Below are positions 9,010-18,126 of a stretch of DNA of 64,000 bases, one piece after another. The stretch spans positions 20,315-84,314 of the forward strand of contig JBAZWC010000002.1 in assembly GCA_041660565.1 (NCBI GenBank), read 5' to 3'. The position numbers and the translations under genes were made by a program. The notes under the pieces are model-generated. The model was not told where the DNA came from. It worked only from the letters and a program-made list of their open reading frames with translations, and made no database searches. Source of the stretch: Patescibacteria group bacterium. Lineage in GTDB: Bacteria; Patescibacteriota; UBA1384; CAJBMM01. Each line of letters starts with the position of its first letter. Positions within the stretch are counted from its first letter, which is position 1.

Positions 9010-9486
9010 ATGCCTAAAAAAGTTAAACCCGAGATTAATGAATACGAACAAAAAGCGAACGAATATTTGGCCGGATGGCAACGCGCCCAGGCCGATTTAG
9101 TAAATATGCGAAATCGCCACGAAGAAGATCGCAAATCGCTACTATCCTACGCTCACAGCGACATTGTAGAACAAATCTTGCCGGTTTTTGACAATTTTAT
9201 GCGCGCCGCAGAGCACACTCCAACCGACGAATCAGCTAATTGGACCAATTGGGCTAACGGTATTAAGGCAATTGAAAAACAATTTGAAACTGTCTTAAAC
9301 CAATGCGGTGTAAACCAAATTAAAGTTGCGATTGGCGACACATTTGATCCAAATTTTCACGAAGCGTTGATGACCGAAAAATCAGAGCTGGAACCGGATA
9401 AAATCCTTGCCATAATTGAACCGGGTTATATGTTGAATGATAAAGTACTCAGACCGGTTAAGGTTAAGGTGAGTAGTGGGGAGTAG
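9010..9486 (+). CDS. grpE: nucleotide exchange factor GrpE
   Basis: GrpE-like coiled-coil plus C-terminal beta domain. It lies immediately upstream of dnaK. RBS AACGGAGGAAAAATG. Confidence 0.75.
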   Translation: MPKKVKPEINEYEQKANEYLAGWQRAQADLVNMRNRHEEDRKSLLSYAHSDIVEQILPVFDNFMRAAEHTPTDESANWTNWANGIKAIEKQFETVLNQCGVNQIKVAIGDTFDPNFHEALMTEKSELEPDKILAIIEPGYMLNDKVLRPVKVKVSSGE

Positions 9487-9494
9487 ATCGCACC

Positions 9495-9619
9495 TGTCAT
9501 TTCGACCCTGCGAGCATTGCCGAGCTGTTGGAGAAATCTCCAAGAAAAACCGGAAGGGATTCTTTTCTAAGATTTCTCCACCGTGGTCGGGTTGACACCC
9601 TTCCCGAGTCGAAATGACA
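9495..9619. mobile_element. MITE-like element, family A copy 2
   Basis: TGTCATTTCGACC...GAGTCGAAATGACA with internal GGAGAAATCTCC / AGATTTCTCCACC. Confidence 0.7.
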
Positions 9620-9634
9620 AAGAAAATAAGAAGG

Positions 9635-9664
9635 TTGACAAAATGTAAAGGATACTTTACATTT
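9635..9664 (+). promoter_or_regulatory. dnaK promoter region: -35-like TTGACA followed by a perfect palindrome AAATGTAAAG-gatac-CTTTACATTT (candidate operator); TATAAT at 9685-9690
   Basis: 10-bp perfect inverted-repeat arms seen in sequence. It does not match CIRCE, HAIR or the CtsR box. Confidence 0.4.
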
Positions 9665-9708
9665 ATTAGTAGTTAAATTAAGATTATAATTAAAGATCAG
9701 GAGGTTTT

Positions 9709-11601
9709 ATGGGTAAAATAATCGGTATCGATTTAGGTACTACCAACTCGGTTGGCGCCGTAATGGAAGCTGGCAGCGCCAAAGTAATCCCCACCGCCGA
9801 GGGCGGTAACATTGTGCCATCTATTGTTGCTATCAACAAAAATAATGAGCGACTGGTAGGGCAAATTGCTAAGCGCCAAGCGGTCACTAATCCCGCCAAC
9901 ACTATCTTTTCCATTAAACGTTTTATCGGACGCAAATTTGACGATAAAGACGTTCAAGACGATCTAAAACATATTCCTTATAAAGCGGTTAAAGCAGCCA
10001 ACGGCTCTGTTTCGGTGATGTTAAATGATAAAGAGTACACCCCGCAAGAAATTTCCTCGTTTATTTTAGCCAAAATTAAGCAAGATGCTGAAAGCTATTT
10101 GGGCGAACCGGTAACTGATGCGGTTATCACCGTGCCAGCTTATTTTGACGATGCCGAACGCCAAGCCACCAAAGACGCCGGCAAAATTGCCGGGCTGAAC
10201 GTGCAACGTATCATTAATGAACCAACTGCTGCCGCACTGGCTTACGGCTTGGAAAAACAGAAAAATGAAAAAGTGGCGGTTTTTGATTTAGGCGGTGGTA
10301 CGTTTGATATTACCGTGCTGGAACTATCCGCTGCCGATGGCGAATCAAGTTTTGAGGTAATTGCCACCAACGGTGATACGCATTTGGGTGGAGACGACTT
10401 TGACCAAAAATTGATGCAAGAATTACTTGAAATCTTTAAAAAGGATCAGGGAATTGATCTATCAAAAGACATCATGGCATTGCAACGTATTAAAGAAGCG
10501 GCCGAAAAAGCCAAAATTGAGCTTTCTAACACTTTGGAAACCGAAGTTAACTTACCGTTTATCACCGCAGACGCTAACGGGCCAAAACATTTGGTCACCA
10601 AAATTACTCGTGCGCGCTTGGAACAACTAACCGAAGATTTGGTTCAGCGCACCTTAGAGCCCTGCAAAAAAGCGCTAGCCGACTCAAAACTAAACCCATC
10701 CGATGTTAACGAAGTCATTTTAGTTGGTGGGCAAACCCGTATGCCACGAGTAATTGCGGCGGTCAAAGATTTCTTTGGCAAAGAACCAAACAAAAGCGTA
10801 AATCCGGATGAAGCAGTAGCAATTGGCGCCGCTATTCAAGGTGGAGTGTTGGGCGGCGATGTTAAAGACGTATTGCTGTTAGATGTTACCCCGCTGTCTT
10901 TGGGATTAGAAACTTTGGGTGGAGTAATGACCAGATTAATTGAGCGCAACACTACCATCCCGACATCAAAATCACAGGTGTTTTCTACTGCTAGCGATAA
11001 TCAACCGGCTGTGGAAATCCACGTCTTACAAGGTGAGCGCGATATGGCCGCGGACAACAAAACCTTAGGCCAGTTTGTACTGGATGGCATCCCACCAGCC
11101 CCCAGAGGCGTGCCACAGGTTGAAGTTACGTTTGACATAGATGCTAATGGTATTGTTCACGTTTCAGCCAAAGACAAGGCCACCGGTAAAGAACAAAAAA
11201 TCACCATCACTTCTTCTTCCGGATTATCCGACGAAGAAATTAGTAAGATGCAAAAAGACGCCGAAGCACACGCGGACGAAGATAAGAAGAAACGCGAACT
11301 TGTGGAAAGCAAGAATATCGCCGATAATATGATATATACGGCCGAAAAAACATTGCGCGATTTAGGCGAAAAAGCCGATCCGGAATTAAAACGAGCGGTT
11401 GAAGACGCGGTGCTGGCAGTCAAAAACACCCTAACATCTAACGATGCAGCGCAAATTGCCAAAGCAACCGAAGAGTTAAGTAATCACCTATCCAAACTGG
11501 GACAAGCGGCTTATCAAGAACCAGAAAAATCTGAAACAAAAACCGACGAGGCGGGGGAGAAGCCAAAGGATGACAAAGAGGGGCAGGATCAATCTAAATA
11601 G
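9709..11601 (+). CDS. dnaK: molecular chaperone DnaK (Hsp70)
   Basis: [18 protein letters not shown] and the rest of the Hsp70 sequence throughout. RBS AGGAGG. Confidence 0.97.
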   Translation: MGKIIGIDLGTTNSVGAVMEAGSAKVIPTAEGGNIVPSIVAINKNNERLVGQIAKRQAVTNPANTIFSIKRFIGRKFDDKDVQDDLKHIPYKAVKAANGSVSVMLNDKEYTPQEISSFILAKIKQDAESYLGEPVTDAVITVPAYFDDAERQATKDAGKIAGLNVQRIINEPTAAALAYGLEKQKNEKVAVFDLGGGTFDITVLELSAADGESSFEVIATNGDTHLGGDDFDQKLMQELLEIFKKDQGIDLSKDIMALQRIKEAAEKAKIELSNTLETEVNLPFITADANGPKHLVTKITRARLEQLTEDLVQRTLEPCKKALADSKLNPSDVNEVILVGGQTRMPRVIAAVKDFFGKEPNKSVNPDEAVAIGAAIQGGVLGGDVKDVLLLDVTPLSLGLETLGGVMTRLIERNTTIPTSKSQVFSTASDNQPAVEIHVLQGERDMAADNKTLGQFVLDGIPPAPRGVPQVEVTFDIDANGIVHVSAKDKATGKEQKITITSSSGLSDEEISKMQKDAEAHADEDKKKRELVESKNIADNMIYTAEKTLRDLGEKADPELKRAVEDAVLAVKNTLTSNDAAQIAKATEELSNHLSKLGQAAYQEPEKSETKTDEAGEKPKDDKEGQDQSK

Positions 11602-11619
11602 CCAGACAAGGCGAATGGT

Positions 11620-12315
11620 ATGAATAAACGCTTACTGTTCGCTGTGGTTGGTATTGTAGTTGTACTTGGTGCAATCGCAGTAGTGTTGATGGTGTTTGCA
11701 AACAAAAAAACTGGAACCACCACCCCAACCTCTTCGCCTAGTGCCGTATCCAGCACTTCCCCATCTGCTTCCTCCTCGGCTTCGGCATCCACAGATTCAA
11801 TTCTTTCCGCCGATACCAAATTAGCCACCGAGAACAGCATTAACCGTTTTGCTACCGCCAAAAGTCGAATTAGCCAATGGCCAATGTGGAAAAGCAACGC
11901 CACGTTTAGCGGGTTATTTATCTCGCTTAGCGCAACTCTAAAATTAGACAGCGCCAATGAAGTGTATGTTTTTGACTCAACCGATGACAACGCTAATCAC
12001 TACACTATTAGTATTTCGCAAAGTACCGGCAGTAGCTTAAGAGCAATCATCCCCAAATCCGATTATCAAGGCTCTTTGTTGGCTATCGACACCGCCTATT
12101 GGAAATCCAGCTATGTTGATGCGGTGCAAATTGCAGATCAGAATGGGGGCAGTCAATTTTCATCATCAAATAAAGTGACCGGGGTAGATGTAAATTTACA
12201 AAGATCTACACCGAATAATTATTTATATTGGATTGTTACCTACAAAACTGCGGATGCCGGAACTAGTTTGGTGGTAAAAATCGACGCAAACTCGAAAACG
12301 GTGGTTAAGGAATAA
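11620..12315 (+). CDS. hypothetical membrane-anchored protein (N-terminal TM helix, Ser/Thr-rich linker, ~130 aa C-terminal domain) inserted between dnaK and the dnaJ-like gene
   Basis: N-terminal hydrophobic helix LLFAVVGIVVVLGAIAVVLMV and a low-complexity TTTPTSSPSAVSSTSPSASSSASAST segment. Confidence 0.5.
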   Translation: MNKRLLFAVVGIVVVLGAIAVVLMVFANKKTGTTTPTSSPSAVSSTSPSASSSASASTDSILSADTKLATENSINRFATAKSRISQWPMWKSNATFSGLFISLSATLKLDSANEVYVFDSTDDNANHYTISISQSTGSSLRAIIPKSDYQGSLLAIDTAYWKSSYVDAVQIADQNGGSQFSSSNKVTGVDVNLQRSTPNNYLYWIVTYKTADAGTSLVVKIDANSKTVVKE

Positions 12316-12326
12316 CGAGCATTTTC

Positions 12327-12587
12327 TGTCATTTCGACCCGAGGAGGTTGTCAAATCGACTACGTTGGAGAAATCTCAAGAAAGAATCCTGTCAATAATT
12401 TTAAATTTTAAAGGCTAAATTTTAAATGAATAAGTACCGAATGATTAAATTTTAAATGGTTCCTTATTTAGTCATTTAAAAATTGGCAACCATTCATTTG
12501 AAATTAAAAATTGAAAATTAAAAATTCTAATTGTTTTAGATTTCTCCAACGTAGTCACGCTGCGGCGCTCCTCGGGTCGAGATGACA
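12327..12587. mobile_element. MITE-like element, family A copy 3, carrying a nested ~140-bp AT-rich element (family B) at about 12395-12537
   Basis: Family A termini are intact. The inserted block aattttaaattttaaaggctaaattttaaatgaataagtaccgaatgattaaattttaaatggttcc... is about 95% identical to the block at 20899-21035. Confidence 0.7.
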
Positions 12588-12667
12588 GGTTATGGAAGTT
12601 ATACGATCTTGAAAATATCCAATAAAAATTGTAGAATATCGGTATTACAACCAAGAAACGATTAATT

Positions 12668-13279
12668 GTGGCTAAAAATTATTATGAAATTTTAGGCGTT
12701 TCAAAATCTGCCTCGGCGGATGAAATTAAGCGTGCATATCGTAAATTAGCCCACGAGCATCACCCAGACAAGGGCGGTGGCGCCGCAGCCGAAGCCAAAT
12801 TCAAAGAAATTAACGAAGCTTATCAAGTTTTATCTAACCCGCAAAAACGCCAATCTTACGACACCTTTGGCACCGCCGATGGTGCGCAATTTGGTGGAGC
12901 AAACCCCGGCGGCTTCGGTGGATTTGGCAATATGGGCGGATTCGATTTTGGATCTGGCGGAGTACACTTTGGTGGCGGTTTGGGAGATCTGTTTGAGGGG
13001 ATTTTTGGTCAAACCATGGCGCAAGTCCAAGTTGAAGTTGAAATATCAATTACCCAAGCGGTTTTAGGCGATACCTTGCATTTACAAGTTGAGAACAAAA
13101 AAGTTGACCTAGCAATACCGGCTGGCACACAGGACGGCCATTCATTCCGTCTACGTGGGCAGGGGCGGGCGTTTCGTGGCGGGGTTGGTGATTTGATTGT
13201 CTCGGTTCGCATACGCGTGCCAAGACATCTTAGTCGCGAACAACGCGAACTATACGAAAAACTAAAAAATTTGGAATAA
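12668..13279 (+). CDS. J-domain co-chaperone (DnaJ-like; J domain + Gly/Phe-rich region + C-terminal domain, no CxxCxGxG zinc finger)
   Basis: GTG start. YYEILGV...HPDK J-domain signature and a [17 protein letters not shown] region. The absence of a zinc-finger motif was checked in the translation. Confidence 0.75.
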   Translation: MAKNYYEILGVSKSASADEIKRAYRKLAHEHHPDKGGGAAAEAKFKEINEAYQVLSNPQKRQSYDTFGTADGAQFGGANPGGFGGFGNMGGFDFGSGGVHFGGGLGDLFEGIFGQTMAQVQVEVEISITQAVLGDTLHLQVENKKVDLAIPAGTQDGHSFRLRGQGRAFRGGVGDLIVSVRIRVPRHLSREQRELYEKLKNLE

Positions 13280-13323
13280 AGAAATAGCCGCCCACCATCT
13301 TTCGGGGGCGACTATTTGGCACA

Positions 13324-13533
13324 TCAGCGGCAGGTAAGCCACCGAAGAAGAGCTCGTGGCCCTTTGGCCGGGCTAGGAGGCGGGCCACAGCAAGGCCGAA
13401 GCAGGGAAACAGCGTACTGAAGTGCCTTGTCTTCAGTCATCTCGTGTTCCTTGGCGTATTCGGCCAGAATTCGGTGCGACCTTGCTGTCAGGCTGAGTCG
13501 GCTTTTTTCTGGCACCGACGCGGGCTTCGTCAT
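13324..13533 (-). CDS. ribbon-helix-helix (CopG/antitoxin-like) small protein, possibly decayed (low-complexity C-terminus), in a ~300-bp GC-rich islet
   Basis: N-terminal KSRLSLTARSHRILAEYAKEHEMTEDKALQYAV fits an RHH beta-strand plus two helices. The tail PCCGPPPSPAKGPRALL looks like read-through. GC-rich. Confidence 0.35.
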   Translation of the reverse strand: MTKPASVPEKSRLSLTARSHRILAEYAKEHEMTEDKALQYAVSLLRPCCGPPPSPAKGPRALLRWLTCR

Positions 13534-13597
13534 GACCGCATCTTTTCCCGCCTGATCGATTCGAGCAATGCGGCCAGCACTGATTTCCGCGAGCGCT

Positions 13598-13680
13598 TTG
13601 TCATTCCGGATTTAATCCGGAATCTATATAAAAAAAATTTCCATCATTTCAAATTTCAAATTTCAAATTGTAAATTATCT
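13598..13680. repeat. CCGGAATGACA-family hairpin (TGTCATTCCGGATTTAATCCGGAAT) followed by a (TTTCAAA)n heptamer tract
   Basis: Short palindromic element related to the family A TIR. The tttcaaatttcaaatttcaaattg tract recurs at about 6040, 20250, 50075 and 54265. Confidence 0.5.
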
Positions 13681-13782
13681 ACATTTAGTCAAAACCGTGC
13701 TTAAAAGAGAACCGTCCCCTATTTCTGCCTTTCCATCCTCCATTCTCTATCCTCTATCCTCCAAATGTGCTATAATAATAAT

Positions 13783-15150
13783 ATGAAATTAAAACTGGTA
13801 TATGCCCCAAGCCCAATCTTAAATCGCAAAGCCATCAGTGTGCCAAAAATCACGCCAGATTTGGTGAAGCTAGCCAACAATATGCTGGAAACAATGGTAG
13901 ATGGCAATGGCATCGGCCTAGCCGCTCCCCAAGTTAATCAGAATGTTCGTTTGATCGTTGTGGGAAATTCACCCGAAAAAGAGGGTGAAGATTACATCCC
14001 AACCACCATTTTATTCAATCCTAAAATCACCAAATTCTCGTCGGAAAAAGAGTTCGCCACCGAAGGCTGCTTGTCTATTCCGGGAATTACCGGCGTGGTT
14101 GAACGATCAAAGTCGATTACGGTTGAATTTCTTGATGTTGATGGAAATAAGCAAACGCTAAACGCAAGCGACTTGTATGCGCGCGTAATTCAACACGAGG
14201 TTGACCACTTGGAAGGCGTACTGTTCACTGATCGTCTAAGACACTATTCGATCGTCTTTTACGGCACCTCCGATTTTGCCGTACCGGCGCTAGAAGAGTT
14301 GCTTCTGCACCCACAGTTTGAACTTAAAGCGATTGTAACCGAAACCGATAAACCGGCTGGCCGCGGACATCAGCTAACCGCGTCACCGGTGAAAAAATTC
14401 GCCCTTGATAATAAAATCAAAGTGCTGCAGCCAATGTCGCTTAATTGCCAACACAAAAACGCCACCAAAGCCCAGTCAGCCACAAATGCTTTTCAAGACT
14501 TAAGCAAAATTAAGCCTGATTTTCAGATTGTGGCCAGTTATGGAAAAATCATCCCGCAAGAATTTTTGGATTTAGCAAAACTGATCAACCTAAATATTCA
14601 CCCATCACTATTGCCAAAATATCGTGGCGCCAGCCCAATTCAATCTGCCATTTTGCACGGTGAAACTCAAACCGGCGTGGCAGTGATGGCAATGGCGGCG
14701 GAAATGGACGCCGGCCCGGTAGTAACAATGTATCGCCACAATATCGACCCGGACGAAAATGCAGATCAGTTATCAAAACGGTTGGCTGAGTCTGGCGCAG
14801 CGCAACTGATTATGACCTTAGAGGAAATGTTAAGCAATAAATCGTCACTGTATGAGCAAGACCACACCAAAGCCACTTTCACCAAAAAGTTTGAAAGCGT
14901 GGACGGATTAATTGATTGGACCAAATCTCCAATAGATTTGCATAACTTTGTCCGCGCGCTAACCTCTAAACCGGGCGCGTTCACCCAGATTGATGGCCAA
15001 AACGTCAAAATACTGAAAACCCATTTGACAGAGGGTAAATTGACCATTGATTTGGTGCAATTACCCGGTAAAAAACCATTTTCAATGTCGGATTTGAAAA
15101 ATGGATATCCAAAAATGTATCAAGAATTATTAAATCAATCCAATAAGTAA
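13783..15150 (+). CDS. def-fmt: fused peptide deformylase (N-terminal ~160 aa) - methionyl-tRNA formyltransferase (C-terminal ~295 aa)
   Basis: One uninterrupted ORF. Def motifs GIGLAAPQV, EGCLS and QHEVDHLEG are followed without a stop by Fmt motifs IVFYGTSDFAVPALEEL and HPSLLPKYRGASPIQ. TATAAT lies 7 nt before the ATG at 13783 (leaderless?). Confidence 0.75.
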   Translation: MKLKLVYAPSPILNRKAISVPKITPDLVKLANNMLETMVDGNGIGLAAPQVNQNVRLIVVGNSPEKEGEDYIPTTILFNPKITKFSSEKEFATEGCLSIPGITGVVERSKSITVEFLDVDGNKQTLNASDLYARVIQHEVDHLEGVLFTDRLRHYSIVFYGTSDFAVPALEELLLHPQFELKAIVTETDKPAGRGHQLTASPVKKFALDNKIKVLQPMSLNCQHKNATKAQSATNAFQDLSKIKPDFQIVASYGKIIPQEFLDLAKLINLNIHPSLLPKYRGASPIQSAILHGETQTGVAVMAMAAEMDAGPVVTMYRHNIDPDENADQLSKRLAESGAAQLIMTLEEMLSNKSSLYEQDHTKATFTKKFESVDGLIDWTKSPIDLHNFVRALTSKPGAFTQIDGQNVKILKTHLTEGKLTIDLVQLPGKKPFSMSDLKNGYPKMYQELLNQSNK

Positions 15151-15209
15151 TTGACCTTTAGCCAAAAATAAGGTATAAATAAAGTAAAACAAGATAAGGA
15201 AAAGAAGAT

Positions 15210-15653
15210 ATGTTACGCATCCGCCTAGCCCGACGTGGCCAAAAACATCAGCCGACTTATCGCTTAGTAGTTGCTGAGCACACCCGACCAACCACCGGTA
15301 AGTTTGTCGAGATTTTGGGTCACTACATTCCGACCACAAAACCAAAAGTGTTCGAAGTTAAAAAAGACCGCGTTTTGTACTGGATTGAGCGCGGCGCTCA
15401 GCCAACCGATACTGTGCACAATTTGTTAGTTGATGCCGGTGTGTTGACAGACAAGCGCGACATTCGCTACGCTAAAGAAAAGATCGAGGAGGACAAAGCA
15501 GAGAAGGTCGAAAAAGTCGAAGACGCCGCTAAAGATACAGTGCCCGAGGAAGTTCCAGAAGAATCAGTTGATAATCCTGTTGAAGACGCCACCGAAGAAA
15601 AAGTTGAAGAAGCTACCGAAGAAGTAGTTGAACCCGACGCCAATCAGTCATAA
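15210..15653 (+). CDS. rpsP: 30S ribosomal protein S16 with an acidic C-terminal extension
   Basis: MLRIRLARRGQKHQPTYRLVVAE is the canonical S16 N-terminus. RBS AAGGAAAAG. Confidence 0.85.
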   Translation: MLRIRLARRGQKHQPTYRLVVAEHTRPTTGKFVEILGHYIPTTKPKVFEVKKDRVLYWIERGAQPTDTVHNLLVDAGVLTDKRDIRYAKEKIEEDKAEKVEKVEDAAKDTVPEEVPEESVDNPVEDATEEKVEEATEEVVEPDANQS

Positions 15654-15676
15654 ACATATCAAAAAATGGAGATAAG

Positions 15677-16066
15677 ATGACGCAAATGTCAGACCAAGAG
15701 TTCGTCCAAACGATCGTTAAGGCGATTGTGGATCACCCCGAGGATGTCAAAACCGAGCGTGTGGTAGACGACAAAGGAATTCTAATCTCGCTAACGGTAA
15801 ACGAAGAGGATATGGGAAAAATAATTGGTAAAGGCGGACGAACCGTCAACTCAATCCGCAAATTATTGCATGTTCTAGGTGCCAAAACCGACGAACGTAT
15901 CAATCTAAAAATTTACGAGCCAGATGGCCAAGAGGTTTCCACCCCAACCGAAGACTCAGTAGTTGAAGAACCAGAGAAAAAAGAGGAAGTCGTTGAAGAA
16001 AGCGCTCCAGAAAAACCCAAAGATGAGCCGAAACTAGACGATGTCCCAACCGACGTATTAGTCTAA
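15677..16066 (+). CDS. KH-domain RNA-binding protein (YlqC family), acidic tail
   Basis: GKIIGKGGRTVNSIRKL KH motif. Canonical position between rpsP and trmD. Confidence 0.7.
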   Translation: MTQMSDQEFVQTIVKAIVDHPEDVKTERVVDDKGILISLTVNEEDMGKIIGKGGRTVNSIRKLLHVLGAKTDERINLKIYEPDGQEVSTPTEDSVVEEPEKKEEVVEESAPEKPKDEPKLDDVPTDVLV

Positions 16067-16133
16067 CCATTAACAAAAAACAAAAAGCCACACCATATGT
16101 GGTTTTTTGTATAAAAATCATCACAATAAATCT

Positions 16134-16796
16134 ATGCAATTTGATATTTTAACTTTATTTCCCAAAATGTTTGATGGCGTTCTAAATGATAGCATTCTTA
16201 AACGTGCTCAGAACGATCAAATTATCGGCGTAAAAACACACAACCTACGCGATTTTGCGCCGGACAAACATCACACCGTAGACGACACACCGTACGGTGG
16301 CGGGACCGGTATGTTGCTAAAAGTGGACGTAGTAGATAAAGCGCTAAAAGAAATCATCAGAAATCAGATTGAACGACCAAAGGTTATTCTACTTTCGCCC
16401 CAAGGCAAACGTTTCAACGCCAGAATGGCACAAAATCTGGCCAAAGAAAAACAGTTGGTGCTAATTTGTGGGCATTATGAAGGTTTTGATCAGCGTATTC
16501 GAGATCATTTAATTGATATGCAAATTTCGATTGGTGATTACGTTTTAACCGGCGGTGAACTACCGGCGATGGTTTTAGTAGATGCGATTTCGCGATTTGT
16601 ACCGGGAGTTTTACCCGAGGGCGCACCAAACGATGATTCGTTTTCAATAAGGCAGGATGGCAAAGCGATGCTGGAATATCCGCAATACACCAAACCTGCC
16701 GAGTACAGTGGCTGGACAGTGCCAGATGTTTTGCTCTCAGGAGACCACGCCAAAATAGAACAATGGCGCAAATCTCAATTAAAAAAGATTAAATAG
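16134..16796 (+). CDS. trmD: tRNA (guanine37-N1)-methyltransferase TrmD
   Basis: MQFDILTLFPKMF start and the SPOUT-fold motifs. The longer 16107 start is disfavoured. Confidence 0.85.
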   Translation: MQFDILTLFPKMFDGVLNDSILKRAQNDQIIGVKTHNLRDFAPDKHHTVDDTPYGGGTGMLLKVDVVDKALKEIIRNQIERPKVILLSPQGKRFNARMAQNLAKEKQLVLICGHYEGFDQRIRDHLIDMQISIGDYVLTGGELPAMVLVDAISRFVPGVLPEGAPNDDSFSIRQDGKAMLEYPQYTKPAEYSGWTVPDVLLSGDHAKIEQWRKSQLKKIK

Positions 16797-16809
16797 AGAC
16801 ATCTCAATC

Positions 16810-16925
16810 TGTCATTTCGACTCGGGGAGTGCGTCGGCACGACCTCGGTGGAGAAATCTAAATAAAAATCCTTTCCAGTTCTTGACGGGATCTCTCGCCC
16901 CGCTTCGCGGTGGTGTCGAGATGAC
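16810..16925. mobile_element. MITE-like element, family A copy 4
   Basis: TGTCATTTCGACTCGG...GTCGAGATGACA with inner GGTGGAGAAATCT. Confidence 0.65.
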
Positions 16926-16965
16926 ATATTAAAAAAAAATCAGGGTAGCAAGTCTTACAGACCTA

Positions 16966-17661
16966 CTACCCGGGTTTGACCAGTAACTCCCGCCATGGAG
17001 ACTGCGTTAGATCCAGCGGTCCCAGATCCTCGTGGACCATTTCCCAGTGCACTCTGGTTAGCCCCTCCGCAATCGGGTTACCCTCTAGCACGGCGATCAT
17101 CATGGCAACGCATGCGGTCATTTTGGTTTCCATCGCACCGAGCCAGTTGCCAACGTCCACCAGCCAGAAGTACCGATACAGGTTACCATAATCGGTATCT
17201 GGGCTGCTGTAGGCATAATCGGCATAGTGAGACGGCTGTTGCCCATTAATGTCAAGCGCGAAACACAGCGCCATATTGTACATCGAATGAGCAGCGACAT
17301 GAACGATCGACGCGTTGAAGTCGTAATCCACAAACCGCTTTGGCAACAGCGATGCCACGGTTAACCGATTTGGGTAGCCTAACCCTCGTCGCACTTCATG
17401 ACAAGTACCCTGATGGTCCAAATAGACGTCGACGAATTGAGCGATAGCGCTGATTCGTCGTTGCACTTCTGGCCAATCATGAACCCGCTGCACGTGACGC
17501 GATATTTCCAGTTCTCCAGTGAGCACCGGATTCGACAGTAACGGGATGCGCGGACGGAACTTGGCTGCTACTTCGGGGTAGTATTGCAATATCCCCGCTC
17601 TTTCCGCGCCCAGCTGTAAAGCTTGTGCGCCTTTTGAGCGCACTGATGTCCATGCGCTCAT
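16966..17661 (-). CDS. hypothetical protein (231 aa) in a GC-rich islet; no family recognised
   Basis: RBS AAAGGAGAAAC upstream of the ATG. GC-rich composition contrasts with its neighbours. Confidence 0.5.
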   Translation of the reverse strand: MSAWTSVRSKGAQALQLGAERAGILQYYPEVAAKFRPRIPLLSNPVLTGELEISRHVQRVHDWPEVQRRISAIAQFVDVYLDHQGTCHEVRRGLGYPNRLTVASLLPKRFVDYDFNASIVHVAAHSMYNMALCFALDINGQQPSHYADYAYSSPDTDYGNLYRYFWLVDVGNWLGAMETKMTACVAMMIAVLEGNPIAEGLTRVHWEMVHEDLGPLDLTQSPWRELLVKPG

Positions 17662-17742
17662 TTCTGAGTTTCTCCTTTAGAGAAAGCAGAGGCTCCCGGA
17701 ACGTTATACAACGCGGGAGCCTTGAGTGTGCAGGAGCGGCGA

Positions 17743-17952
17743 TCAGCGGGGAATACGGCGCGGGCCATGGGGCATGTTCGGCCTCTTGCCGGCGGTGAAG
17801 CCGGCGGCGGAATCCGTCGTGACCGGCACCCCGCTGTGGGTGCCTCCGAGCCCCCACGGCTTCCGTTCCGCGATCTCGGCGTCGCGAAGCGCGACGTACT
17901 CGTCTCGGGATATCTGACCGTTGTCCAGCTTCTCACGAAGATTGCTAGCCAT
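17743..17952 (-). CDS. small SHOCT-like domain protein (69 aa; start at the internal ATG with RBS GGAAGGAG)
   Basis: MASNLREKLDNGQISRDEYVALRDAEIAERK resembles the short C-terminal SHOCT motif. It is followed by a GGCTCCCG...CGGGAGCC hairpin. The longer 110-aa ORF version is disfavoured. Confidence 0.4.
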   Translation of the reverse strand: MASNLREKLDNGQISRDEYVALRDAEIAERKPWGLGGTHSGVPVTTDSAAGFTAGKRPNMPHGPRRIPR

Positions 17953-18126
17953 CTCGATCCGACTCCTTCCAGAGAATGTGTGCCGCGATTGCCGGATGCG
18001 GCACAAATGATGGGTTCGCCCGGAGCCTGTCTGACGAAGCTCCAGCGTATGCATATATTGTATCAAAAATTTCAATACTTGTCAATAGCTGAAAAAGATG
18101 TTATGGTAGAAGTCACAATATAGTTC

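Noticed and set aside
8883-9708. CIRCE (HrcA) or HAIR (HspR) elements upstream of grpE and dnaK
   Set aside because: Neither consensus is present. Only the novel AAATGTAAAG-N5-CTTTACATTT palindrome was found, and it is reported separately.
10427-11462. Short ORFs nested inside dnaK on both strands (for example 10427..10630, 11141..11332, 11157..11462)
   Set aside because: They lie within a highly conserved Hsp70 coding sequence and have no independent signals.
17722-18123. Plus-strand 133-aa and 63-aa ORFs, and the minus 17477..17936 ORFs, in the trmD-uvrB islet
   Set aside because: No RBS and low-complexity Arg/Pro/Gly-rich translations typical of out-of-frame GC-rich sequence. The minus-strand genes with RBS are preferred.
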